Assembly: GCA_964016885.1 (NCBI GenBank)
Contig: OZ024757.1
Location: 248,001 to 312,000 of the forward strand
Reading direction: 5' to 3'
Source: Eledone cirrhosa
Taxonomy: Eukaryota
Length of the DNA stretch: 64,000 nucleotides
The stretch's first letter is position 1; the number at the start of each line of letters is the position of its first letter. The notes beneath the pieces are model-generated. The model was given only the letters and a program-made list of their open reading frames with translations. It did not search any database and was not told the origin of the DNA. Both the position numbers and the translations under genes were made by a program. This document shows, piece after piece, positions 30,001 to 43,717 of this stretch.

Positions 30001-33000
30001 ATAGCTACTTGGGTGAGATAGTGACATTGGGATGAAGACAATAGCTACTAGGGTGAAGACAATAGCTACAAGGGTGAGATAGTGACATTGGGGTGAAGTC
30101 AATAGCTACTAGGGTGAGATAGAGACATTGGGGTGAAGACAATAGCTACTAGGGTGAGATAGAGACATTGGGGTGAAGACAATAGCTACTAGGGTGAGAT
30201 AATGACATTGGGGTGAAAACAATAGCTACTAGGGTGAGATAGTGACATTGGGTTGACGACAATAGCTACTAGGGTGAGATAGTGACATTGGAGTGAAGAC
30301 AAATACTACAATGGTGCGATAGTGACATTGGGGTGAAAACAATAGCTACTAGGGTGAGATAGTGACATTGGGATGAAGACAGTAGCTACTAGGGTGAGAT
30401 AGTGACATTGGAGTGGAGACAGAAGCTACTAAGGTGAGATAGTGATATTGGGGTGAAGACAATAGCTACTAGGGTGAGGTAGTGACATTGGGGTGAAGAC
30501 AGTAGCTACTAGGGTGAGATAGTGACATTGGGGTGAAGACAGAAGCTACTAAGGTGAGATAGTGATAATGGGGTGAAGACAATAGCTACTAGGTTGAGGT
30601 AGTGACATTGGGGTGAAGACAGTAGCTACTAGGGTGAGATAGTGACATTGGGGTGAAGACAATAGCTACTAGGGTGAGATAGTGACATTGGGGTGAAGAC
30701 AATAGCTACTAGGTTGAGGTAGTGACATTGGGGTGGAGACAATAGCTACTAGGGTGAGATAGTGACATTGGGGTGAAGACAATACCTACTAGGGGAAGAT
30801 AGTTACATATGGGTGAAGAGAGTAGCTACTAGGGTGAGATAGGGACATTGGGGTGGAGAGAGTAGCTACTAGGGTGAGATAGGGACATTGGGGTGAAGAC
30901 AATAGCTACTAGGGTGAGATAGGGACATTAGGGTGAAGACAGAAGCTACTAAGGTGAGATAGTGACATTGGGGTGAAGACAATAGCTACTAGGGTGAGAT
31001 AGTGACATTGGGGTGAAGACAGTAGCTACTAGGGTGAGATAGTGACATTGGGGTGAAGACAATAGCTACTAGGGTGAGGTAGTGACATTGGGGTGGAGAC
31101 AATAGCTACTAGGGTGAGATAGTGACATTGGGGTGAAGACAATAGCTACTAGGGTGAGATAGTGACATTGGGTTGAAGACAATAGCTACTAGGGTGAGAT
31201 AGTGACATTGGGGTGAAGACAGTAGCTACTAGGCTGAGATAGTGACATTGGGGTGAAGACAGTAGCTACTAGGGTAAGATAGTTACATATGGGTGAAGAC
31301 AGTAGCTACTTGGGTGAGATAGGGACATTGTGTGACAACAGTAGCTACTTGGGTGAGATAGTAACATTAGGGTCAATACAGTAGCTACTAGGGTGAGATA
31401 GTTACATTGGGGTGGAGACAGTAGCTACTAGGGTGGGATAGTGACATTGAGGTGAAGACAATAGCTACTAGGGTGAGATAGTGAACTTAGGGTGAAGACA
31501 GTAGCTACTAGGGTGAGATAGTGACATTGGGGTGAAGATAGTAGCTACTAGGGTGAGATAGGGACATTAGGGTGAAAACAATAGCTACTAGGGTGAGATA
31601 GTGACATTGGGGTGAAAACAATAGCTACTAGGGTGAGATAGTGACATTGGGGTGAAGACAGTAGCTACTAAGGTGAGATAGAGACATTGGGGTGAAAACA
31701 ATAGCTACTAGGGTGAGATAGTGACATTGGGTTGACGACAATAGCTACTAGTGTGAGATAGTGACGTTGGGTGAAGACAAATGCTACTATGGTGCGATAG
31801 TGACATTGGGGTGAAAACAATAGCTACTAGGGTGAGTTAGTGACATTGGGATGAAGACAGTAGCTACTAGGGTCAGATAGTGACATTGGAGTGGAGACAG
31901 AAGCTACTAAGGTGAGATAGTGACATTGGGATGAAGACAATAGCTACTAGGGTGAAGACAATAGCTACAAGGGTGAGATAGTGACATTGGGGTGAAGTCA
32001 ATAGCTACTAGGGTGAGATAGAGACATTGGGGTGAAGACAATAGCTACTAGGGTGAGATAGAGACATTGGGGTGAAGACAATAGCTACTAGGGTGAGATA
32101 ATGACATTGGGGTGAAAACAATAGCTACTAGGGTGAGATAGTGACATTGGGTTGACGACAATAGCTACTAGGGTGAGATAGTGACATTGGAGTGAAGACA
32201 AATACTACAATGGTGCGATAGTGACATTGGGGTGAAAACAATAGCTACTAGGGTGAGATAGTGACATTGGGATGAAGACAGTAGCTACTAGGGTGAGATA
32301 GTGACATTGGAGTGGAGACAGAAGCTACTAAGGTGAGATAGTGATATTGGGGTGAAGACAATAGCTACTAGGGTGAGGTAGTGACATTGGGGTGAAGACA
32401 GTAGCTACTAGGGTGAGATAGTGACATTGGGGTGAAGACAGAAGCTACTAAGGTGAGATAGTGATAATGGGGTGAAGACAATAGCTACTAGGTTGAGGTA
32501 GTGACATTGGGGTGAAGACAGTAGCTACTAGGGTGAGATAGTGACATTGGGGTGAAGACAATAGCTACTAGGGTGAGATAGTGACATTGGGGTGAAGACA
32601 ATAGCTACTAGGTTGAGGTAGTGACATTGGGGTGGAGACAATAGCTACTAGGGTGAGATAGTGACATTGGGGTGAAGACAATACCTACTAGGGGAAGATA
32701 GTTACATATGGGTGAAGAGAGTAGCTACTAGGGTGAGATAGGGACATTGGGGTGGAGAGAGTAGCTACTAGGGTGAGATAGGGACATTGGGGTGAAGACA
32801 ATAGCTACTAGGGTGAGATAGGGACATTAGGGTGAAGACAGAAGCTACTAAGGTGAGATAGTGACATTGGGGTGAAGACAATAGCTACTAGGGTGAGATA
32901 GTGACATTGGGGTGAAGACAGTAGCTACTAGGGTGAGATAGTGACATTGGGGTGAAGACAATAGCTACTAGGGTGAGGTAGTGACATTGGGGTGGAGACA

Positions 33001-36000
33001 ATAGCTACTAGGGTGAGATAGTGACATTGGGGTGAAGACAATAGCTACTAGGGTGAGATAGTGACATTGGGTTGAAGACAATAGCTACTAGGGTGAGATA
33101 GTGACATTGGGGTGAAGACAGTAGCTACTAGGCTGAGATAGTGACATTGGGGTGAAGACAGTAGCTACTAGGGTAAGATAGTTACATATGGGTGAAGACA
33201 GTAGCTACTTGGGTGAGATAGGGACATTGTGTGACAACAGTAGCTACTTGGGTGAGATAGTAACATTAGGGTCAATACAGTAGCTACTAGGGTGAGATAG
33301 TTACATTGGGGTGGAGACAGTAGCTACTAGGGTGGGATAGTGACATTGAGGTGAAGACAATAGCTACTAGGGTGAGATAGTGAACTTAGGGTGAAGACAG
33401 TAGCTACTAGGGTGAGATAGTGACATTGGGGTGAAGATAGTAGCTACTAGGGTGAGATAGGGACATTAGGGTGAAAACAATAGCTACTAGGGTGAGATAG
33501 TGACATTGGGGTGAAAACAATAGCTACTAGGGTGAGATAGTGACATTGGGGTGAAGACAGTAGCTACTAAGGTGAGATAGAGACATTGGGGTGAAAACAA
33601 TAGCTACTAGGGTGAGATAGTGACATTGGGTTGACGACAATAGCTACTAGTGTGAGATAGTGACGTTGGGTGAAGACAAATGCTACTATGGTGCGATAGT
33701 GACATTGGGGTGAAAACAATAGCTACTAGGGTGAGTTAGTGACATTGGGATGAAGACAGTAGCTACTAGGGTCAGATAGTGACATTGGAGTGGAGACAGA
33801 AGCTACTAAGGTGAGATAGTGATATTGGGGTGAAGACAATAGCTACTAGGGTGAGATAGTGACATTGGGGTGAAGACAGAAGCTACTACGGTGAGATAGT
33901 GATATTGGGGTGAAGACAATAGCTATTAGGGTGCGATAGTGACATTGGGGTAAAGACAGTAGCTACTAGGGTGAGATAGTGACATTGGGGTGGAGAGAGT
34001 AGCTACTAGGGTGAGATAGTGACATTGGGGTGAAGATAGTAGCTACTAGGGTGAGATAGGGACATTAGGGTGAGGTAGTGACATTGGGGTGAAGACAGTA
34101 GCTACTAGGGTGAGATAGTGACATTGGGGTGAAGACAGAAGCTACTAAGGTGAGATAGTGATATTGGGGTGAAGACAATAGCTACTAGGTTGAGGTAGTG
34201 ACATTGGGGTGAAGACAGTAGCTACTAGGGTGAGATAGTGACATTGGGGCGAAGACAATAGCTACTAGGTTGAGGTAGTGACATTGGGGTGGAGACAATA
34301 GCTACTAGGGTGAGATAGTGACATTGGGGTGAAGACAATACCTACTAGGGGAAGATAGTTACATATGGGTGAAGACAGTAGCTACTAGAGTGAGATAGGG
34401 ACATTGGGGTGGAGAGAGTAGCTACTAGGGTGAGATAGTGACATTGGGGTGAAGACAATAGCTACTAGGGTGAGATAGTGACATTGGAGTGGAGACAGAA
34501 GCTACTAAGGTGAGATAGTGACATCGAGGTCAAGACAATAGCTACTAGGGTGAGATAGTGACATTGGGGTGAAGACAGAAGCTACTAAGGTGAGATAGTG
34601 ATATTGGGGTGAAGACAATAGCTACTAGGGTGCGATAGTGACGTTGGGGTGAAGACAATAGCTACTAGGGTGAGATAGGGACATTAGGGTGAAGACAGAA
34701 GCTACTAAGGTGAGATAGTGACATTGGGGTGAAGACAATAGCTACTAGGGTCAGATAGTGACATTGGGGTGAAGACAGTAGCTACTAGGGTGAGATAGTG
34801 ACATTGGGGTGAAGACAATAGCTACTAGGGTCAGATAGTGACATTGGAGTGGAGACAGAAGCTGCTAAGGTGAGATAGTGACATTGAGGTGAAGACAATA
34901 GCTACTAGGGTGAGATAGTGACATTGGGGTGAAGACAGAAGCTACTAAGGTGAGATAGTGATATTGGGGTGAAGACAATAGCTACTAGGGTGCGATAGTG
35001 ACGTTGGGGTGAAGACAATAGCTACTAGGGTGAGATAGTGACATTGGGGTGAAGACAGTAGCTACTAGGGTGAGATAGTGACATTGGGGTGAAGACAATA
35101 GCTACTAGGGTGAGGTAGTGACATTGGGGTGGAGACAATAGCTACTAGGGTGAGATAGTGACATTGGGGTGAAGACAATAGCTACTAGGGTGAGATAGTG
35201 ACATTGGGGTGAAGACAATAGCTACTAGGTTGAGGTAGTGACATTGGGGTGGAGACAATAGCTACTAGGGTGAGATAGTGACATTGGGGTGAAGACAATA
35301 GCTACTAGGGTGAGATAGTGACATTGGGGTGAAGACAATAACTACTAGGGTGAGATAGTGATATTGGGGTGAAGACAGTAGCTACTAGGGTGAGATAGTG
35401 ACATTGGGGCGAAGACAATAGCTACTAGGGTGAGGTAGTGACATTGGGGTGGAGACAATAGCTACTAGGGTGAGATAGTGACATTAGGGTGAAGACAATA
35501 GCTACTAGGGTGAGATAGTGACATTGGGGTGAAGACAATAGCTACTAGGGTGAGATAGTGACATTGGGGTGAAGACAGTAGCTACTAGGGTGAAGACAAT
35601 AGCTACTAGGGTGAGGTAGTGACATTGGGGTGGAGACAATAGCTACTAGGGTGAGATAGTGACATTGGGGTGAGGACAATAGCTACTAGGGTGAGATAGT
35701 GACAGTGGGTTGAAGACAATAGCTACTAGGGTGAGATAGTGACAATGGGGTGAAGACAGTAGCTACTAGGCTGAGATAGTGACATTGGGGTGAAGACAGT
35801 AGCTACTAGGGTAAGATAGTTACATATGGGTGAAGACAGTAGCTACTTGGGTGAGATAGGGACATTGTGTGACAACAGTAGCTACTTGGGTGAGATAGTG
35901 ACATTAGGGTCAATACAGTAGCAACTAGGGTGAGATAGTTACATTGGGGTGAAGACAGTAGCTACTAGGGTGGGATAGTGACATTGGGGTGAAGACAATA

Positions 36001-39000
36001 GCTACTAGGGTGAGATAGTGAACTTAGGGTGAAGACAGTAGCTACTAGGGTGAGATAGTGACATTGGGGTGAAGACAGTAACTACTAGGGTGAGATAGTG
36101 ACATTGGGGTAAAAACAATAGCTACTAGGGTGAGATAGTGACATTGGGGTGAAGACAGTAGCTACTAAGGTGAGATAGTGACATTGGGGTGAAAACAATA
36201 GCTACTAGGGTGAGATAGTGACATTGGGTTGACGACAATAGCTACTAGGGTGAGATAGTGATGTTGGGTAAAGACAAATGCTACTATGGTGCGATAGTGA
36301 CATTGGGGTGAAAACAATAGCTACTTGGGTGAGATAGTGACATTGGGATGAAGACAATAGCTACTAGGGTGTGATGGTGACATTGGGGTGAAGACAATAG
36401 CTACACGGTGAGATGGTGACATTGGGGTGAAGACAATAGCTACTAGGGTGAGATAGTGATATTGGGGTGAAGACAATAGCTACAAGGGTGAGATAGTGAC
36501 ATTGGGGTGAAGTCAATAGCTACTAGGGTGAGATAGAGACATTGGGGTGAAGACAGTAGCTACTAGGGTAAGATAGTTACATATGGGTGAAGACAGTAGC
36601 TACTTGGGTGAGATAGGGACATTGTGTGACAACAGTAGCTACTTGGGTGAGATAGTAACATTAGGGTCAATACAGTAGCTACTAGGGTGAGATAGTTACA
36701 TTGGGGTGAAGACAGTAGCTACTAGGGTGGGATAGTGACATTGAGGTGAAGACAATAGCTACTAGGGTGAGATAGTGAACTTAGGGTGAAGACAGTAGCT
36801 ACTAGGGTGAGATAGTGACATTGGGGTGAAGATAGTAGCTACTAGGGTGAGATAGGGACATTAGGGTGAAAACAATAGCTACTAGGGTGAGATAGTGACA
36901 TTGGGGAGAAAACAATAGCTACTAGGGTGAGATAGTGACATTGGGGTGAAGACAGTAGCTACTAAGGTGAGATAGAGACATTGGGGTGAAAACAATAGCT
37001 ACTAGGGTGAGATAGTGACATTGGGTTGACGACAATAGCTACTAGGGTGAGATAGTGACGTTGGGTGAAGACAAATGCTACTATGGTGCGATAGTGACAT
37101 TGGGGTGAAAACAATAGCTACTAGGGTGAGTTAGTGACATTGGGATGAAGACAGTAGCTACTAGGGTCAGATAGTGACATTGGAGTGGAGACAGAAGCTA
37201 CTAAGGTGAGATAGTGATATTGGGGTGAAGACAATAGCTCCTAGGGTGAGATAGTGACATTGGGGTGAAGACAGAAGCTACTACGGTGAGATAGTGATAT
37301 TGGGGTGAAGACAATAGCTATTAGGGTGCGATAGTGACATTGGGGTAAAGACAGTAGCTACTAGGGTGAGATAGTGACATTGGGGTGAAGATAGTAGCTA
37401 CTAGGGTGAGATAGGGACATTAGGGTGAGGTAGTGACATTGGGGTGAAGACAGAAGCTACTAAGGTGAGATAGTGATATTGGGGTGAAGACAATAGCTAC
37501 TAGGTTGAGGTAGTGACATTGGGGTGAAGACAGTAGCTACTAGGGTGAGATAGTGACATTGGGGCGAAGACAATAGCTACTAGGTTGAGGTAGTGACATT
37601 GGGGTGGAGACAATAGCTACTAGGGTGAGATAGTGACATTGGGGTGAAGACAATACCTACTAGGGGAAGATAGTTACATATGGGTGAAGACAGTAGCTAC
37701 TAGAGTGAGATAGGGACATTGGGGTGGAGAGAGTAGCTACTAGGGTGAGATAGTGACATTGGGGTGAAGACAATAGCTACTAGGGTGAGATAGTGACATT
37801 GGAGTGGAGACAGAAGCTACTAAGGTGAGATAGTGACATTGAGGTCAAGACAATAGCTACTAGGGTGAGATAGTGACATTGGGGTGAAGACAGAAGCTAC
37901 TAAGGTGAGATAGTGATATTGGGGTGAAGACAATAGCTACTAGGGTGCGATAGTGACGTTGGGGTGAAGACAATAGCTACTAGGGTCAGATAGTGACATT
38001 GGAGTGGAGACAGAAGCTACTAAGGTGAGATAGTGACATTGAGGTGAAGACAATAGCTACTAGGGTGAGATAGTGACATTGGGGTGAAGACAGAAGCTAC
38101 TAAGGTGAGATAGTGATATTGGGGTGAAGACAATAGCTACTAGGGTGCGATAGTGACGTTGGGGTGAAGACAATAGCTACTAGGGTGAGATAGTGACATT
38201 GGGGTGAAGACAGTAGCTACTAGGGTGAGATAGTGACATTGGGGTGAAGACAATAGCTACTAGGGTGAGGTAGTGACATTGGGGTGGAGACAATAGCTAC
38301 TAGGGTGAGATAGTGACATTGGGGTGAAGACAATAGCTACTAGGGTGAGATAGTGACATTGGGGTGAAGACAATAGCTACTAGGTTGAGGTAGTGACATT
38401 GGGGTGGAGACAATAGCTACTAGGGTGAGATAGTGACATTGGGGTGAAGACAATAGCTACTAGGGTGAGATAGTGACATTGGGGTGAAGACAATAGCTAC
38501 TAGGGTGAGATAGTGACATTGGGGTGAAGACAGTAGCTACTAGGGTGAGATAGTGACATTGGGGCGAAGACAATAGCTACTAGGGTGAGGTAGTGACATT
38601 GGGGTGGAGACAATAGCTACTAGGGTGAGATAGTGACATTAGGGTGAAGACAATAGCTACTAGGGTGAGATAGTGACATTGGGGTGAAGACAATAGCTAC
38701 TAGGGTGAGATAGTGACATTGGGGTGAAGACAGTAGCTACTAGGGTGAAGACAATAGCTACTAGGGTGAGGTAGTGACATTGGGGTGGAGACAATAGCTA
38801 CTAGGGTGAGATAGTGACATTGGGGTGAGGACAATAGCTACTAGGGTGAGATAGTGACAGTGGGTTGAAGACAATAGCTACTAGGGTGAGATAGTGACAA
38901 TGGGGTGAAGACAGTAGCTACTAGGCTGAGATAGTGACATTGGGGTGAAGACAGTAGCTACTAGGGTAAGATAGTTACATATGGGTGAAGACAGTAGCTA

Positions 39001-41386
39001 CTTGGGTGAGATAGGGACATTGTGTGACAACAGTAGCTACTTGGGTGAGATAGTGACATTAGGGTCAATACAGTAGCAACTAGGGTGAGATAGTTACATT
39101 GGGGTGAAGACAGTAGCTACTAGGGTGGGATAGTGACATTGGGGTGAAGACAATAGCTACTAGGGTGAGATAGTGAACTTAGGGTGAAGACAGTAGCTAC
39201 TAGGGTGAGATAGTGACATTGGGGTGAAGACAGTAACTACTAGGGTGAGATAGTGACATTGGGGTAAAAACAATAGCTACTAGGGTGAGATAGTGACATT
39301 GGGGTGAAGACAGTAGCTACTAAGGTGAGATAGTGACATTGGGGTGAAAACAATAGCTACTAGGGTGAGATAGTGACATTGGGTTGACGACAATAGCTAC
39401 TAGGGTGAGATAGTGACGTTGGGTAAAGACAAATGCTACTATGGTGCGATAGTGACATTGGGGTGAAAACAATAGCTACTTGGGTGAGATAGTGACATTG
39501 GGATGAAGACAATAGCTACTAGGGTGAGATGGTGACATTGGGGTGAAGACAATAGCTACTAGGGTGAGATGGTGACATTGGGGTGAAGACAATAGCTACT
39601 AGGGTGAGATAGTGATATTGGGGTGAAGACAATAGCTACAAGGGTGAGATAGTGACATTGGGGTGAAGTCAATAGCTACTAGGGTGAGATAGAGACATTG
39701 GGGTGAAGACAATAGCTACTAGGGTGAGATAGTGACATTGGGGTGAAAACAATAGCTACTAGGGTGAGATAGTGACATTGGGTTGACGACAATAGCTACT
39801 AGGGTGAGATAGTGACATTGGAGTGAAGACAAATGCTACAATGGTGCGATAGTGACATTGGGGTGAAAACAATAGCTACTAGGGTGAGATAGTGACATTG
39901 GGATGAAGACAGTAGCTACTAGGGTGAGATAGTGACATTGGAGTGGAGACAGAAGCTACTAAGGTGAGATAGTGATATTGGGGTGAAGACAATAGCTACT
40001 AGGGTGAGGTAGTGACATTGGGGTGAAGACAGTAGCTACTAGGGTGAGATAGTGACATTGGGGTGAAGACAGAAGCTACTAAGGTGAGATAGTGATATTG
40101 GGGTGAAGACAATAGCTACTAGGTTGAGGTAGTGACATTGGGGTGAAGACAGTAGCTACTAGGGTGAGATAGTGACATTGGGGTGAAGACAATAGCTACT
40201 AGGGTGAGGTAGTGACATTGGGGTGGAGACAATAGCTACTAGGGTGAGATAGTGACATTGGGGTGAAGACAATAGCTACTAGGGTGAGATAGTGACATTG
40301 GGGTGAAGACAATAGCTACTAGGTTGAGGTAGTGACATTGGGGTGGAGACAATAGCTACTAGGGTGAGATAGTGACATTGGGGTGAAAACAATAGCTACT
40401 AGGGTGAGATAGTGACATTGGGGTGAAAACAATAGCTACTAGGGTGAGATAGTGACATTGGGGTGAAGACAGTAGCTACTAAGGTGAGATAGAGACATTG
40501 GGGTGAAAACAATAGCTACTAGGGTGAGATAGTGACATTGGGTTGACGACAATAGCTACTAGGGTGAGATAGTGACGTTGGGTGAAGACAAATGCTACTA
40601 TGGTGCGATAGTGACATTGGGGTGAAGACAGTAGCTACTAAGGTTGAGATAGAGACATTGGGGTGAAAACAATAGCTACTAGGGTGAGTTAGTGACATTG
40701 GGATGAAGACAGTAGCTACTAGGGTCAGATAGTGACATTGGAGTGGAGACAGTAGCTACTAGGGTGAGATAGTGATATTGGGGTGAAGACAATAGCTACT
40801 AGGGTGAGATAGTGACATTGGGGTGAAGACAGAAGCTACTAAGGTGAGATAGTGATATTGGGGTGAAGACAATAGCTATTAGGGTGCGATAGTGACATTG
40901 GGGTAAAGACAGTAGCTACTAGGGTGAGATAGTGACATTGGGGTGGAGAGAGTAGCTACTAGGGTGAGATAGTGACATTGGGGTGAAGATAGTAGCTACT
41001 AGGGTGAGATAGGGACATTAGGGTGAGGTAGTGACATTGGGGTGGAGACAATAGCTACTAGGGTGAGATAGTGACATTGGGGTGAAGACAATAGCTACTA
41101 GGGTGAGATAGTGACATTGGGTTGAAGACAATAGCTACTATGGTGAGATAGTGACATTGGGGTGAAGACAATAGCTACTAGGGTGAGATAGTGACATTGG
41201 TGTGAAGACAGTAGCTACTAGTGTGAGATAGTGACATTAGGGTGAAGACAGTACCTTCTAGGGTGAGATAGTGACATTGGGGTAAAGAGAGTAGCTACTA
41301 GGGTGAGATAGTGACATTGGGGTAAAGAGAGTAGCTACTAGGGTGAGATAGTGACATTAGGGTGGAGACAATAGCTACTCAGGTGA
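1..41386. repeat. 40-bp satellite array, roughly 1,030 units, open at the left edge
   Basis: Consensus TACTAGGGTGAGATAGTGACATTGGGGTGAAGACAATAGC repeats continuously. The last unit ends ...caatagctactcaggtgag at about 41386. Each unit is a 19-bp plus a 21-bp sub-repeat, both starting GGGTGA. Confidence 0.99.
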
Positions 41387-42445
41387 GTCGTCACAACCTC
41401 ATCCCATGTCTTCCTGGGTCTACCTCTTCCAAGGGTCCTAGCTACTGGGGTTTCTCTGTATCTCCTTATCCAGCTTCTATTTACCATATACATCAAATAC
41501 CCATACCAACATAGTCTTCTCTCTTGCACACTCTATCCAATTCCTCTTATGCCAAATTCTGCTTATGCTATTTCACTCATGCACATTAAGATTACATACA
41601 TTGTATGCTTGCTAAGTTTACTTTTAGTCCTTTCACCTTTTGGTTCTTCTTCCATGCTTGAAATTTCGTCCCTAACTTTCCTACAGTTTCAGCTATGAGT
41701 ACTACATCATCAGCACATAGGACGTCCCAGGGATTGCCAATGTTAAACTGCTTAATGATGGCCTGAAGGATAATTATAAACAGGATTGGGCTGAGGACTG
41801 AACTCTGATGGACTCCTACCTGTACATTTCCACACTAAACTCAGAACCAAACTCACTTTACTAACAGTTTCTCTGTACATAGCTTGCACTTCTCTTACAA
41901 GGCATTCTCCTACACCTAGTTTCCTTAAGGACCACAAGATGACAGATACAGATACTCTGTCAAAGGACTTCTCCACATGAACAATATTTAGATACAGAGG
42001 CTTATTCTTAGCTAGTAACTTCTCTTGTAGTTTTGTCATTAAGAAAAGAGTATATCTGTAGTACTTCTCCCTGGCATAAAATCTAACAACATCTCATCTA
42101 ATTTGATTCTTTCCCTAAGTATTAAAACTCTTTCTCACATTTCCATTACTTGTTCCATGCCTGAGTAGTTGCTCCTTTCTAGTACCTCACCTTTTCCTTT
42201 ATAGCATTATATTAGTATACTACTATGTCAGTTATTGGTTATGGCCCCATCCTATAGTATCTGATTGACTATGTACGTGACTGGTTTGACATCTACTTCC
42301 CCAGAATCTTTCAACATCTCAGTTATTTCTAATGGAACAGCAGCTTTACCATTTTTATTCCCCTTGATTGCTTCTTTGACCCTATAACTATCTATTTCAA
42401 TAGCTGGTCCCTCTTTGGGGTTAGTTGGAGGTAGTCTCTCTTTTC
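41387..42445 (-). mobile_element. Decayed, internally deleted RTE-clade LINE fragment (RT and C-terminal region)
   Basis: Minus-strand remnants GPAIEID, GKAA, KNKPLYL..VEKSFDRV, LRKLGV, LCADD, ERRLCWYG and GRGRPRKTWDEVV, with stops and frameshifts. Homologous to the plus-strand RTE at 48520-50090. Confidence 0.93.
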
Positions 42446-42629
42446 AGTTATTTACCATTTTACAGGGTTAACTGTGTGTGATCCCTTCTATTCATTCGGG
42501 AACATATTCAACTTTGATAATAAATTGACTAAATTAGTAAATTCTAAACCATACAGTAGTTTCAACACAAGTCTTGGTTAGATCTTCTACAAATAAACTG
42601 AGAGAAGGGTAATTTTTTAGTAAACCAGT

Positions 42630-42635
42630 TTTATT
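42630..42635 (-). terminator. Candidate polyadenylation signal AATAAA of the zinc-finger gene
   Basis: TTTATT on + lies just beyond the last recognisable decayed finger. Supported by position only. Confidence 0.4.
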
Positions 42636-42699
42636 ATGAACATTTACAACATAGGTGGCACAATCCTGGATGACTGGTGTGGTTTTTATCTTGTCTTAT

Positions 42700-43717
<1,018 letters not shown>

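Noticed and set aside
1-41386. CRISPR array or true telomere
   Set aside because: There are no unique spacers or cas genes. It is not (TTAGGG)n, and the G-rich strand points toward the unique DNA, opposite to what a left-hand telomere would show.
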